Positions 48,520-61,597 of a DNA stretch of 64,000 nt are shown one piece after another. Origin of the DNA: Balanoglossus misakiensis (Eukaryota > Animalia > Hemichordata); NCBI GenBank assembly GCA_040954595.2, contig CM082581.2, positions 858,599 through 922,598 of the forward strand, read 5' to 3'. Every line of letters begins with the position of its first letter. Position 1 is the first letter of the stretch. The translations under genes were made by a program, and so were the position numbers. The notes beneath the pieces are model-generated. The model saw only the letters and a list, made by a program, of their open reading frames with translations, made no database searches and had not been told where the DNA came from.

Positions 48520-50869
48520 TTAGCTCACGTGAAAATCACGTGAGCTTATGGTTTAGCGATGTCTGTGTGTGTGTGTGTGTATGTATGTATGTGTGTGTGT
48601 GTCTGTCTGTATACCCGATATCTAAAGAACCGCTGAACCGATTTCAACCAAATTTAGTACACAGGTTCAGATATCATATGGCAAGAACTGAAAAGGTTTT
48701 GGTGCGTGTGGCTTTGATATTAATGAAGTTATTTAAGTTTTAATTTTTCTATTACATGATTGTCTATGTGAGCTTTCGTTAATGCCGCATATATGACCAG
48801 TGGAAACGATAGTTTGAGGAGATCGACAGTTTGAGGGCGCTGTGAAATGAGACATTCCTGGCGATATTGCCGTGGTTCTGTCCATGCTCAGACGCTGTAC
48901 CCGTCGTTACGAATAACTTCCCTACGTGAATCCACAAGGAAGCTAACGTTGTTTAGTTGCTTCATAGAGCGTAAATTGTTAATCTACAGGACCGTCAGAC
49001 GAATACTCTTTTCAAATGAAGTTTGAAACTACTTACGAGTAAGTTAGTGGAGACAATATGGCGGATAGTTGGCGTGCAGCCGAATCCGCGTTATGACTAT
49101 GACGTGACCCATTCATCAAGACAAACCGTAAATGATTCACGCATATTGTGGTCCTCACGCAGTCAATCTCAAAATGTCACCAGGCTTTCTATTTGTCTAT
49201 TGTTCAGAGAAAAATAACGTGGCGGTTGATCACACTCAACAGTAAAATCCGTTTTGTGAGTTTATAGACAGTCTGTTATCGCCAATACTATATAGCGATT
49301 GCTAGATGGCTTACCCAATATGTGATCGAGCGAGAATGATAACATTGAATGTCTGTTCAGATCTCATTCCGTACGTCATACGTCAACATTTCGATTTCGA
49401 TTTAATCCATTCATAAAGAATTTAGAGAAAGTCGTCTTGAATTGTGACCCCGACTATCAATTTTACGATGATTTTTTGGCGACGGAATACACGAGACGCC
49501 ATTGCATAACTACGTCAGCTGGACTTCCAAGGTTACCATTTTGTGTGTATGGAATCTTATCACAGAGACTACGTACTTTGACAATATGCTTGGTATATCA
49601 ATGACGCCCCAGAAAATTTGTCGAAAAATGAATTTGTCTTCTCATGGTGGTGCAATATATTTTAATGTCTATTTTGAGGTTGATTTTGGTTTTTGGCTAA
49701 CATGTATATCAATGTCAGCTTATAGCATAAGTTGGTGTCCGTCGTCTATGTATGTCTGTATGTGTGCCTCATACAGAATTATGTATTTTGCGAATGGATC
49801 AGTTTCGTCTAAATGTATTGATGTATGTATGTGTATGTCCATCAACATCAAAAACTTGAAACTACTGATATTTAGTGTGTACATAGAAATTGTTATTGCG
49901 AAAAAATGCATACTGGTATTAACTGGAAAAATGTTCAAGTAGTCAAAATTGAAAAACTTAATAACAGCGGATCAGATTCAGTTAAAAATTGGCGTGCATT
50001 GGTGTGCAAGTACTATGGGAAGACCTCGTATGATTTTGTTCAGGTGGAGTCAGTATCTGGCGTTTGCTATTTTTTATGAATTTTTGGGGGAATTTTCTGC
50101 AGTTTTGTTAAAAAAAATTCTTCTCTGAAATTACATGTCCAATTGATTGGAAACTTGGTATGGAGGTTCATAGGGCTTACCTGAATCACATTTGTGAAAA
50201 CGGTGGTGAAATTTGCAAAAATGCATTTTTGGGCAATATTTCCTGTTTTTGTCAAAAAATCAAATCCCGTGAAACTGTAAGTGCAATTGTTTTGATACTT
50301 TGTATTTGGGTTTCTAGGGGTGATCTCAGTCAAATATGATCAAATTGTAAAGAAATTTGCATAATTGTATTTTTTGGGAATTCTGCAGGGTTTGGCCAAA
50401 TAGTCTTCAGTAAAACCCCAAGTCCAATTGATTGGAAACTTTGAATGGGAAATCATATATGTGATATCAGTCAGATTTGTCTGAATTACCTGTTGTTTGC
50501 CAAAATGTCTTCCTATTGAAACTTGTTAAAGAGGTTCTTAGGCATGAACAGAAATCAGATTTGTTGAAATCTGGTGAAATATTCATACTTTTTGGTATAT
50601 TTCTTGCCATTTTTGATCAACGAGTTTTAGAATTCCATAGACTTATCTTTTTATGCAGTTCAGGATGGGGTACATGACTCATAACCCCTTACAAAAATTG
50701 ACAAGGCAACAATTCCACAAACATGTTTACATTTCACAATGGTGCAACACACAACCCTTACACCATATACACTATAAACCAAATTGGTTTAACACTGGTT
50801 TTTCTAATCTTGTTATTCTGTCAACCAATCACAGTACTGCACGTGAGCATATTCAGTTAATATCTGGTT
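48520..50869 (+). mobile_element. Non-autonomous Helentron (HINE/DINE-like) insertion present only in the right arm
   Basis: The 5' end reads tttagCTCACGTG..CACGTGAGc followed by (TG)n; a 3' subterminal cacgtgagc lies at ~50840. It is inserted in a T-run with no target duplication: the left arm is contiguous at ~19200 (atacttcaaa|aatgaaaa). Confidence 0.8.
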
Positions 50870-51993
50870 TGAAGTATATTTTTGGGGTGATTTTGGTCAA
50901 ATACTCAAAAACCTCTACTCACAGTTCTTTGAAATTTGGTTTGCAGGTTCCTAGGTGTGTTATCACGACATTTTAACAAATCCTATGATGGAAGTGTCAA
51001 TATAGTTTTTGTGGACAATTTTTGCCATTTTTGTTTGATTGCTTTGCAGTTTTTTGTTTTGCAGTTTCCAGGGGATTTTTTTACTGTGATATATCATAAA
51101 TGTTCTGAAAATGAAAAAATTGTATTTTGGGGGCATAAAAAAAATTCTCAGAAAGTGCATGGTTGATCACTTTAAAAGTTTAGTTGTGAGTTAATGATAT
51201 GTGCTTCTTTAGAATGATAATTGAATCAAATCATAGCTGAATTAGTTTTTTTGTTTATTTTGTTTGATATTTTTTCCTTATACCTCAAAAATTGTTATTA
51301 TAAAAGGGAAATTACCATTACATAGTTGTTTGCAATTAAGGAGGACCCCCTCCCCCACTGAAAATCGTATACACCTTGATCTCTCTATGTCTGTATTCAT
51401 GTCTGTATGTATGTTTTACAAATGTATGCTCCCAATAAGAGTGAAATGATTTTTTTTATCGTAATACTTCTAAAGTGATTATTTCCTATGAGATATGCAG
51501 TCTTATTACCTAATCGTTTCTGAAATTCTACCTCATGCTGTGTATGAAAAGTCTAATATATGTCATTGTCAAGATCCCCAAAACAGGCTGATATAGTATC
51601 ACATAACATTTGATAAAAGTATCCCAAACAGTGTGGCAATTTTGGTATACAGAAAAAAACACTAGAATGACAACAGCTACATGTATGTAGGCTAGCAATA
51701 GGAACACAGATAACAATTCTCTATATTCATTTTTAAATACGATAAGATTCGCTGAAATTGGCACATCTGTGTGCAGGCAAAGTCAGTTCCAACTCGGCTT
51801 GCAAATCGGACCAATGTCTCTTGTTCGCTGAGACTGTATGGTTCTAGTAATAGCTGTAAGAACTTGATCATTGACCAAACTCTTGGTTCAATTTTGCAAC
51901 ATTTTATGATTTCAAGCTGTACATATTTAACTCTGTTTCAACTATAGTTGGAGGGATAACATTGGAGCCATTTCACTGACAAAATAGCGCTTA

Positions 51994-52814
51994 GGGACCA
52001 TTCAGTTTTTACGGTGGGGGGAGGCTGGCAAAATCCAGGGGGTCACTTAAATTTTGAAATCCAAAAGAGGGAGTCATCTTTTTTTCAAACGTTTAGGGGG
52101 GAGGTCATATACATGTACCCACCGATGCTAATTTTGAGTGGAGTAGCAACAGTAAAATTGGTCCTTTCAAACATTGAGATAATTTGCTTTTGACTTCATT
52201 AAAATGCAACTTTGAGCTACATATTTTACAAAGTTTTCTTATGTGGAAGGGGGACATCCCCTCCCACACCCATCCCCTTATTTCTTCGCCACATATAGTG
52301 TACCAGGGCAGAATACTTGGCATCCCACCCCCACTGATGTTAACTTTGAGTGGCAAAAGTGAAATTTGTCCTCCCCAACATTAAGTTAATTTGCCTTTGA
52401 GTTCATTAAAATGCATTAATTGTATTTTACAAAATTGTCCTACGTACACCCACCCCTTCCACTTTTCTTGTTTTACCAATTCTACCAACTATTGTATTGA
52501 CGTGTCCTTTTAATTTATCCATAGACCTTCTTTATTGCAACGCTATATAATTATACACTTCAAATTATAAATTTCTTTAAGAAATTTAGAATTGAGGTGT
52601 GAGGAGACCCTTTACCTTTATTGCATACAGTCAGTGTACATAAGATAAGGATGGCAAATGTTTTCGGGGTGGGAGGAGGGTCATCATATTTTGGTCCTGT
52701 CAAAGGGGGGGGGGGTCATCATTTTTTTGGTCCTGGTTGAAGGGGGTGTCGGCCTGATTTTGAAAACCAATGACACAAACTTTTGCCCCCCCTCCACCAA
52801 AACTGAACAGTCCC
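51994..52814. mobile_element. PIF/Harbinger-type MITE present only in the right arm
   Basis: tta|gggaccattcagtttt ... aaaactgaacagtccc|tta. Absent at the left-arm site ~18095. Confidence 0.8.
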
Positions 52815-55800
52815 TTACTAAAGGACGTCAATGTCTGTTTACAGTCAAATGCATTGCCATCAGAAAAAAAAAATGCAAACAATTTCTTATGTTTGTAGTA
52901 CGCACTTTTTGTATATCTGTAAACTGTGTCTCAGTTGTGAAATTCTAAGGAAATTTGTTCCTTGGGTAGAATAAAGGATTCTTAAACAAACTTAGTCACG
53001 AAAGCTAAATGGTTACCTCAGAGAAACTGTGTTAAATTTGGTCATCATTGTTTTAAATCACACAAGACATTCCCACAGCTAAGTTACTGCAGCAGTCAGT
53101 TTCAACTCAGCTTGCAAATTGGGATCATGTCTTGTGTTCATCGAGACTGTCTGTAGTCGAGTTGACAGTCACTACAACTGTATTGCAAATATGGCAGGGT
53201 TGGGCAACTCTTCTAATTTACATTTGAACACCTTTTCTGTTTGCGTCAAAATGATGAATAATGTTTCGTTTTCAAGAATGCCTTAATATGGGCACCCAAT
53301 ACAAGACAACTGCATTGCAAATGGCATTTTCATTCAACTCTCCTGGGTACCTAAAACAATTTCAACATGGTTGACATGGCAATATTAGACAACTGTTCTA
53401 ATTTGCATAATCCAAAATGGCCGCCAAATTTCTCTAACATGTTAATTTCCCATATTTGTTTTAAATGGTGTGTAATATCGAATTTGCAGGGTTTCCATTA
53501 ATATGGGTACCTAAAACAATTTCAACATGGTTGACATGGCAATATGAGACAACTGCTCTAATTTGCATAATTCAAACACCTGCTGGATAATTTAACTTTT
53601 GCCATTCTTGTCCCATGATTGTATGTATTATATCTCATAACAGGCAATTAAGTGTGCTAATTGTCAAGCCAATCTTAATTATTCATCTGCACCACAAATC
53701 AGATGCAAGGTTTAGGACTGGGAGTGTATGTGGGAGCAGCATATAGGGGCCTACAGGTATCTTTAATGGCAAGTCCTCGGTTAAAGCCAGAAGGTTTTCA
53801 GGTTGTAGGCCTCTATTGTATCTGCAACAGTTTCTATCACCTCCATCCCACTGGCCGGCACCCGAGGGGGGGGGGGGGTACTTGAAATTTTTTCGGATGG
53901 TAGTCTGTCGCCCCAGTCGATAACATCAACACGTGTAAATGCCCAAAACCCGACCTATTTGTATTATAAGTCAAATTTTCTGGTCATTTACCCCAAGTTT
54001 TTCTTAAAGACTACATACCTATACACCTTTGTATGGGAGAACACATCCCCCACCCCCCTGCCAACACTAATTGGACAACTTTATTCTTGTTATACTTCTT
54101 TATAAGTCTAAATGTTCAGTAAGAAAAGGCAACAAGTTATTGAAGCTGCTGACCATGGAAACTATGATGAAGTATATTTTTTTCCTAGCTGTACATGTAC
54201 AGTATAATTGGCCCAATGTACCAATTGGAGATGTGTGCCTTACAAGCAACACAGGTTGTATATCCAAGCCTTGTCTGTTGGCACTATGAAGGGTATTGGA
54301 AGAATGTCTCTGCTGGCCACTTTGGCCAGCCACTTTTGGCCAGCAGACTATCAAAAGGGTCAAGAAAATAGCCCTAAAAGGTATGGCACTGTATGCAAAT
54401 CTAGTGCAGGAGTGGATTGATACATTTCCCATCACTGTACATGCATCATCCTGTATGGATGATATGTACTCTAGCATTATGCACCAGATAAAAATGGTCA
54501 AAATTGCAAAAAAAAGGAGATGAAACTCCCACTGGCCTTTAACGCAATCCATAGATAAAGAGACAACATGTTCAGGCATTGGCTCTAAACATGGTGGATA
54601 CTGACGAGGGTGTGGTGAATGATGGTGAATCCCTGGATGTTTTGAGGTCGGAATTCTGAAAAGGATTCCCATCGTGAGTTTGAGGAACAGGATGATGCAG
54701 AGGGGCTGGCTCTTTGTGACTCCTATCAGTGGGGATAGACATATATTTGGGATACAGAGGTTGCACTTCCTTGCTTCATGATTAGTACGGTAACACTGCC
54801 AAATTTGCAACATAGTTGTATTGTTAAAGGTACCCATATGAATGTGCTAATCCTGAAAATACGATATTGCGCATCATTTTGGGAAACATGGCAAAATTTC
54901 ACTTTTAGTGGTGATTGGCGGCCATTTTTGAATATGCAAAATAGAAAAGTTGCCAAACACTGCCATATTTGCAATACATAACCAATATGGATGCAAATCC
55001 TGAAATTTTAGATATTACACATAATTTTGAGAAAAAAGGGCCAAGTTTTATTTTAGAGAAGGTATTTGGCGGCCATTTTTGATCATGCATGTTAGAAGAA
55101 TTGTCCAACATTGCCATTTTGGCAACTCAGCTGGAATAGGTCTAGGCTCCCATATGAATGCCAATAAGCAAAAAACTTCATAGGAAAGAAAATTTCTAGG
55201 TAGGAAAATTTTGACTCAACTTCTGGTTCTAATAATAGGTGTAAGGATGTGATCGTTTGATTTTGCAACATTTTACAATTTCAAGCTGTGTGTATTTAAC
55301 TCTGGTGCAATTCTGGTTGGAGAGACAAATGGCTTAAGCCATTTAATTGAAAATATAGCACTACTTCACCAGGGTTGTGCAGTACCTTTGACAACGCTTT
55401 GAACAATGTTGCAAAAAGCTTTGTGTTGAAGCTTGCTACAAGACTTGGCGTGCTGAAGCCTCTTATACTAGTCTTAGTTGAACCTCAGCTGTAACTCCGT
55501 TTGTGAAACCTTAACATTCAAATCTTTGGCCAAAGTTAGTGTTGCAAAGCTTCTTCAAAGTTTTGTGAACCTCAACAATGCTTTTCTATAGAAACCTTTA
55601 AACATGCGGGGGGGGGTGTAGTATTCTGACAGCTACGATCAATATAGCGCCCTCTAGTGTTGCATTGTTGGTGTTCCACTTGTTTATGAATTGCTGTACG
55701 ACGTCACTTCCGCCCAGATAAGGCGAAGCACATTGTTGAGTCTTTTCAGCCGATCAATAAATAGGTTGTTGTTATACCTTATGATCGCATTATTATTCCC

Positions 55801-55930
55801 ATGTTGATGGAAACATAACATGGTGGCAGCGGTGAACGTGAGTGATCAGATGTAAGCAGACTTTACACAGTATCGACTACACAAGACACCAAAACTACAG
55901 AAGAAAAGACCATCGAACTGACCTGACAAG

Positions 55931-56734
55931 ATGGCGGCCGCACTACAAACGCCCTTCACAGCCCCAAAGATGGAATGGGACGCGCCAGATCTAGCAATAG
56001 CCTTCAGTCGTTTTCGTCAAAAATGTGAGTTAACATTTAAGACAGCACTTAAAGATGCTAATGAAGAGAAAGCTAGCTACATACTTCTATGGTCCGGTGA
56101 ACCAGGTCTTGACAAATACAACAGTTGGTCGTTTGAAAATGAAGACCAGCGGAAAGACCCCACAGTACTATTCGACAAATTTTCCGAACACTTAGAGCCG
56201 AAGTCGAATCATCGCATACATAGATACCAATTCCAAGATATGAGACAAGACCCTGGAGAACCAGTTGATGATTTCTTTTCGAAATTGAAAAATGAAGCCG
56301 CCAAATGCAAATTTGGGGATACAAAAGAACAGGAAGCAAGACTCGTAGATCAGTTGATATGGGGGATCTGTCACCAAGAAATACAGAAGAAACTTATTGG
56401 GCGTGATGAGAAACTGACCTTGAAGGAGGCGCTCGATATAGCTAGAGGTCACGAAGCCACAACAAAACACATGAAAACGCTCACAAATTGCCATATTGCT
56501 AATCCTGTGGATAGCAAAGCTGTCAACACAGTAAAAAGGCAGCCCAACAAGACACACCCCAAACAATGTAAGCATTTCGGAAAAAAGCATGACACCTCAG
56601 TGAAAAGTAACTGCCCAGCATATGGCTCGAAATGCCGAAATTGTGGGAAACCTAATCACTGGCAGGCGGTATGCCGTTCCAAAACCAGCTCAAGCGAACC
56701 GAAGTCAGAGACGAGGTGGAAAACCAATCCATAA
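55931..56734 (+). CDS. gag: Gag with a CCHC zinc knuckle
   Basis: FQDMRQDPGEPVDDF...RLVDQLIWG and CRNCGKPNHWQAVC. The first knuckle is degenerate (CKHF). Confidence 0.9.
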   Translation: MAAALQTPFTAPKMEWDAPDLAIAFSRFRQKCELTFKTALKDANEEKASYILLWSGEPGLDKYNSWSFENEDQRKDPTVLFDKFSEHLEPKSNHRIHRYQFQDMRQDPGEPVDDFFSKLKNEAAKCKFGDTKEQEARLVDQLIWGICHQEIQKKLIGRDEKLTLKEALDIARGHEATTKHMKTLTNCHIANPVDSKAVNTVKRQPNKTHPKQCKHFGKKHDTSVKSNCPAYGSKCRNCGKPNHWQAVCRSKTSSSEPKSETRWKTNP

Positions 56735-59700
56735 TGTGACACGCTCGAGCAGCAACATGCATCAAATAGATGATGAAGTCCTAGATGTTGGTACTATCGA
56801 AATAAATGCATTGGACAACATCAACAGACAAGAAGAAATATACACGAAACTGACAATCACACAGAGCGAAAAGAAAAGGAAAGTAGCACTGAGATGCAAG
56901 ATTGATACCGGTGCACAGAGCAATATACTGCCCCTCTGCCTTTTCAAGATCATATTTCCAGAGAAACTGGATAAACACGGGCACTTGAAGGAAAATAAAA
57001 CAATCCTTACCGCATATGGAGGTTCCAAAATCAAACAGCTTGGCACCATCGTCATTCCATGTGAACATAGAGAGAGGAAAATCAGATGCCTCTTCTATGT
57101 AACTGACGCCGCAGGCCTAGCCATTTTAGGGTTAAAGGCAAGCAGGGCCTTAAACCTGATACAAATAAACTGTTCAGTAGAAGCCATACAAGTGCAGGCG
57201 AGCCCAGAGTGCAAGACAGCACAGCCTGGAAGAAATGTGGAAGTGGAAAAGAGAAAGATGAACGAACAGAAGCCAGCAGGAAGAAACAGAAACCCTGCAG
57301 ATGACTACATAGACAGTAATACACCCATCAGGGACCGCCCTCCCATAAAGAACAAAGAACAGTTGCTGAGGATGTACCCTGATTGCTTTGACGACGTGGT
57401 CGGATGTTTTGAAAACTACACATACCACATCACTCTTGATCCAGAAGTACAACCAGTAGTACACCCTGCCCGCAGAGTTCCATTAGAACTAATGGATAGA
57501 CTCAAAACCGAGCTGCAGGAGATGGAAGATAAGCAAATCATCGCCAAAGTGAACCAGCCTACGAACTGGGTCAATTCTCTTGTTGTCCGGGAGAAAGACA
57601 ATGGAAGACTTCGCATTTGTCTGGACCCGAAGGACTTGAACAAAGCCATTAAAAGGGATCATTACCCTACACCCACATTGGAGGAGATTACCCCAAAGTT
57701 GGCAGGCGCAACACTTTTCAGCAAGCTAGACGCGCGGAACGGATACTGGAATGTAAAGATCGATGAAGAATCATCCTTCCTGACGACCTTTAACACACCA
57801 TATGGCCGTTACAGATTCCTACGAATGCCATTTGGGCTAAGGATGAGCCAAGATGTGTTTCAATTCAAAATTGATGAAACATACAGAGAGTGTGAAGGTG
57901 CAGTCGGCATTGCAGACGATATACAAGTCTTAGGATCAGGAGAGCGACACCATGACCTGCATCTACACGAAGCCATGGAACGAACCAGGAAAGCAGGCAT
58001 TAAACTGAACAAAGAGAAATGCTACATCAAGACAAAAGAATGTAGTTTCTTTGGCATGTTATACACAGAAGACGGAGTTAAACCCAACCCAGAAAAGGTC
58101 AAGGCGATAGAGATGATGCATCCGCCTAGAGACAAGACCGAACTGCGCACATTCCTCGGAATGGTGAACTACATGGGTTCATTCATACCCAGATTAGCTG
58201 AACACACAGCACCACTGAGAGAGCTCATCAGAGACGACACTGAGTTTGAGTGGTCTCCGACACACACAAAGTCTTTCAATATGATCAAGGACCTGATCAG
58301 CACAAAGACTACACTTGCTTACTACGACCGTAAGAAGCCTGTCACTCTACAAGTCGACGCATCGGGAAAGGGAATCGGAGCGGTGCTCATACAGGAACAG
58401 AGACCTATAGCATTTGCGTCCAAGGCCCTGACACCAGCGGAAACCCGATACGCCAATATAGAAAGAGAACTACTCGCGGTAGTCTACGGATGTGAGAAGT
58501 TTCGCACATATCTCTACGGCAGAAGTTTCATAGTAGAGAGTGATCATCGACCGTTGGAGCAAATTCAGAGGAAGAATTTGACCAAGGCACCACCCCGATT
58601 ACAGAGAATGCTGTTGCGCATACAGCCGTATGATTTCACCATACACTACAAGCCAGGCAAACAGATGATACTTGCCGACGCACTATCTAGACTGTCACCA
58701 CAAGATCAGAACGAAATCAGTGACATGAAAGTCCAGATACACCACCTGGTGAAGATCACACCAATGAGACAGATGGAGATCAAAGAAGAAACTACCAAAG
58801 ATGAAATTCTTCAATTATTGATCCAGCAAGTCCTGAAAGGATGGCCAGATAGCATCAAGGACATTCACGCTGATATTCGACCCTACTGGTCTATTCGAGA
58901 CGATATCGCTATCGAAGATGGTATTATCCTGATAGGCAGCCGACTCCTCATACCAGCAGTAATGAGAGATGAAATGCTACAACGCATTCATAGCAGTCAC
59001 CTGGGGATCGAGAAATGCAAGCTGAGAGCCAGATCCAGCGTGTACTGGCCTGGAATTTGTAAAGATATAGAGAGACTAGTAACAGGATGCAACGCGTGCC
59101 AGAAATTCCAGAATTCCCAGCAGAAGGAACCGATGATTCCAATGGAAATTCCACCACGACCGTGGCACACAATTGGAGCAGACCTATTCTACGTGAACCA
59201 AACATGGTACATGATAGTTGCTGACTACTACTCCAAGTTCCCCTTCATTAGGAAACTTGAAGACCTCAGAGCCAGTACCATTATGAGAGCCCTCCGAATT
59301 CTATTTGCAGAGCAAGGAATACCCGAGAAACTAGTTTGTGACAACGGATCTCAGTTTACAGCTAGAGACTTCCACAGCCTAACTGAGAAGTATGGTTTTG
59401 CGATAGTCACATCATCACCATACTATCCCAAAGGGCACGGTTTTATCGAGCGACATGTACAGACCGTGAAGAACATCCTGATGAAGTGCAAAGAGTCCGG
59501 AGATGATCCGAATCTAGCATTGTTGGCACTTCGCGCGACTCCATTGAAGTCCAACATACCATCACCAGCTGAGTTGCTGAACAGCAGAGCATACAAGACA
59601 ACTCTCCCAGCCAAAATTCACCCAGCAAGAAACGGGGAGGAAGTTCGTCAATACCTGACATCTCAACAGCAGGCCCAGACTTCCAGCCACGACCAGCACT

Positions 59701-60059
59701 CCAGACAACTACCATAATTGCTGACAGGTCAACAAGTCCATGTACAAAACCCAATCAGCAAAACATGGAGTCCAGCGAGAGTTGTAGCCCCAGCAAACAC
59801 ACCTAGGTCCTACACCGTGAAGTTAGACAACGGGAAACAAATGCGACGCAACAGGATCCACCTGAAACCAGTCAGCGCAGAACTGAAACCAGCACAGACA
59901 GGGATGGATCAACACAATATTGCACCAGCAGTCACAGAGGGAACACCGCCTCAACAACCCGCAACGCCAGCGTCACCAGCCCAAGAATCGTTGAGATCAA
60001 CACGAACCAGAACAAATATACAAAAGCCGTCTCGATACAAAGATTATGTGACTGATTGA
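56622..60059 (+). CDS. pol: Pol (protease, RT, RNase H, integrase) with an in-frame stop at 59715-59717
   Basis: IDTGA, LRICLDP, IADD, VDAS, YANIERELLA, HSSHLG...CNAC, GADLF, CDNG, in Gypsy domain order. The frame resumes at 59718. Confidence 0.95.
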
Positions 60060-61013
60060 TAGCTTTTTCTGATATTGAGATACGCCATTTGTTCCACAGA
60101 AAGTTGAGTTATACAGAGGAAAATTTATCACATTTTTCCCAGAGTATTTTTCATGTTCGTTGCGTTTGATTTTGACAAAGACTGATTCAAGATGAATGCA
60201 GAGTTTGCACAGGACAATTCACAGTGACATTCGTATTCAAAAAAAGTTTTGAAACAATTTATCTTAAAGAAGAGGGGATGTAGTATTCTGACAGCTACGA
60301 TCAATATAGCGCCCTCTAGTGTTGCATTGTTGGTGTTCCACTTGTTTATGAATTGCTGTACGACGTCACTTCCGCCCAGATAAGGCGAAGCACATTGTTG
60401 AGTCTTTTCAGCCGATCAATAAATAGGTTGTTGTTATACCTTATGATCGCATTATTATTCCCATGTTGATGGAAACATAACAGGGGGGACACCAACATCG
60501 TAGTCAGTGAGGTCATCTATGGTGGTGGGCGCGTCTTCCACTCAGCACTCCTCCGCGCACGCTTGGGGGATAAAAAATGCATCAAAAACCCCTGGCGCGT
60601 CCTCGCTCCCCCTGCGTCGATGGATTCTGTGCGACTGCTTCCGCCCCCGTCCTCTCTGGTTGCTGTGTCCGGATTGATGATGTTTTCCGGTGAGGTCGGA
60701 TTTCCCGGAATTCTTCCTGTCGTGATTGGGATACCCACCTCAGCAGTATGCTAAGGACACGCCAGTGGATGAGAATCGCTGGTGTGGTGGGGGAGCTCAG
60801 TCGGAACCTGTTTTTGTTCTCTCTCTGAGTGTATAATTTTATATTTATTGTATTTTATTTTATTTTGATGTTTACATTTATATGTATGTTCATGTTGTAG
60901 TTGTAACTCTTTACATTTGGATTCCTTAGTGTTTAGTGGATAAAGTGATAAACCTCTTGCAATTTCTTAAATTACCACTCACTAAGGATTTTATATTTTC
61001 TCTTTTCTCCTAG

Positions 61014-61331
61014 GTATCAACATACGAGGGCTTATGGAATATTACAGATCAAATTTCCCTAAAGAATCTGTGTTTCCAAAGATGCACCTTCTTGAATGTC
61101 ATGTTGTCAGTCAAATTGAAATGACAAATATGGGGCTGGGTTTTCTAGGTGAGCAAGGTATTGAGGTCATTCACCATCACTTCAACACAGCAGAGAGGAG
61201 TTATGCCTCAATGCCAAATGCCAAATGACGTAGACAGGTTGAAGTGCATGGTGAAAGATCATCATATCAGGAATCACCCAGGAAACCCTAAACCACCTAT
61301 AAGGAAAAGGGCTCGCAAAGATAGCAGCTAA
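61014..61331 (+). pseudogene. Terminal exon of a Chapaev/Transib-like DDE transposase, frameshifted
   Basis: Acceptor ttttctcctag|, then PKMHLLECH...GLGFLGEQGIEVIHHHFN. A 7-bp tandem duplication (atgccaa twice, ~61211) shifts the frame before DVDRLKCMVKDHH. Confidence 0.6.
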
Positions 61332-61464
61332 ATGTTTAAGATGAAGTGATATGCATGCACTTTGCTAAAGAAAAGAATAAATGGTTAAAAAAGTACAAGT
61401 TTTGTCAGTAATCATTTCTTGTGATGTTTGGATGTAGTTCATAGAGGTGTGAGTGTATGGATCG

Positions 61465-61597
61465 GAACACACATATATACCGGTATATATTTATATAAGT
61501 GTGTGTGTGTGTGCCCATGTGTCTAAATATTACATATATACATATATATAGATATGTGTCTATATATATATATATAGATATAGATATATATATATAC
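61465..61597. repeat. (TG)n/(TA)n microsatellite cluster
   Basis: Read directly from the sequence. Confidence 0.9.

Larger units (their letters stand above)
43084..54253. repeat. Right arm of the large inverted duplication
   Basis: Reverse complement of 16224-26280, with arm-specific insertions at 43406-43619, 48520-50869 and 51994-52814. Confidence 0.95.
55617..60482 (+). mobile_element. Gypsy (Mag-like) LTR retrotransposon, full length
   Basis: 204-bp TG...CA LTRs at 55617-55820 and 60279-60482, identical by eye. Primer-binding site tggtggcagcggtg at 55821 (tRNA-Leu-like) and polypurine tract aaagaagagggga. G-runs on both flanks. Confidence 0.97.

Noticed and set aside
16224-54253. The 10-kb arms as terminal repeats of the element encoding the large ORFs (Polinton- or virus-like)
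   Set aside because: The ORFs have their own terminal repeats and TAAT duplication at 32373-42859. No polymerase, capsid, ATPase or integrase genes and no outer target duplication were seen.
54100-54837. 245-aa minus-strand ORF
   Set aside because: It crosses the arm boundary and repeat-derived sequence and has no recognisable motifs.
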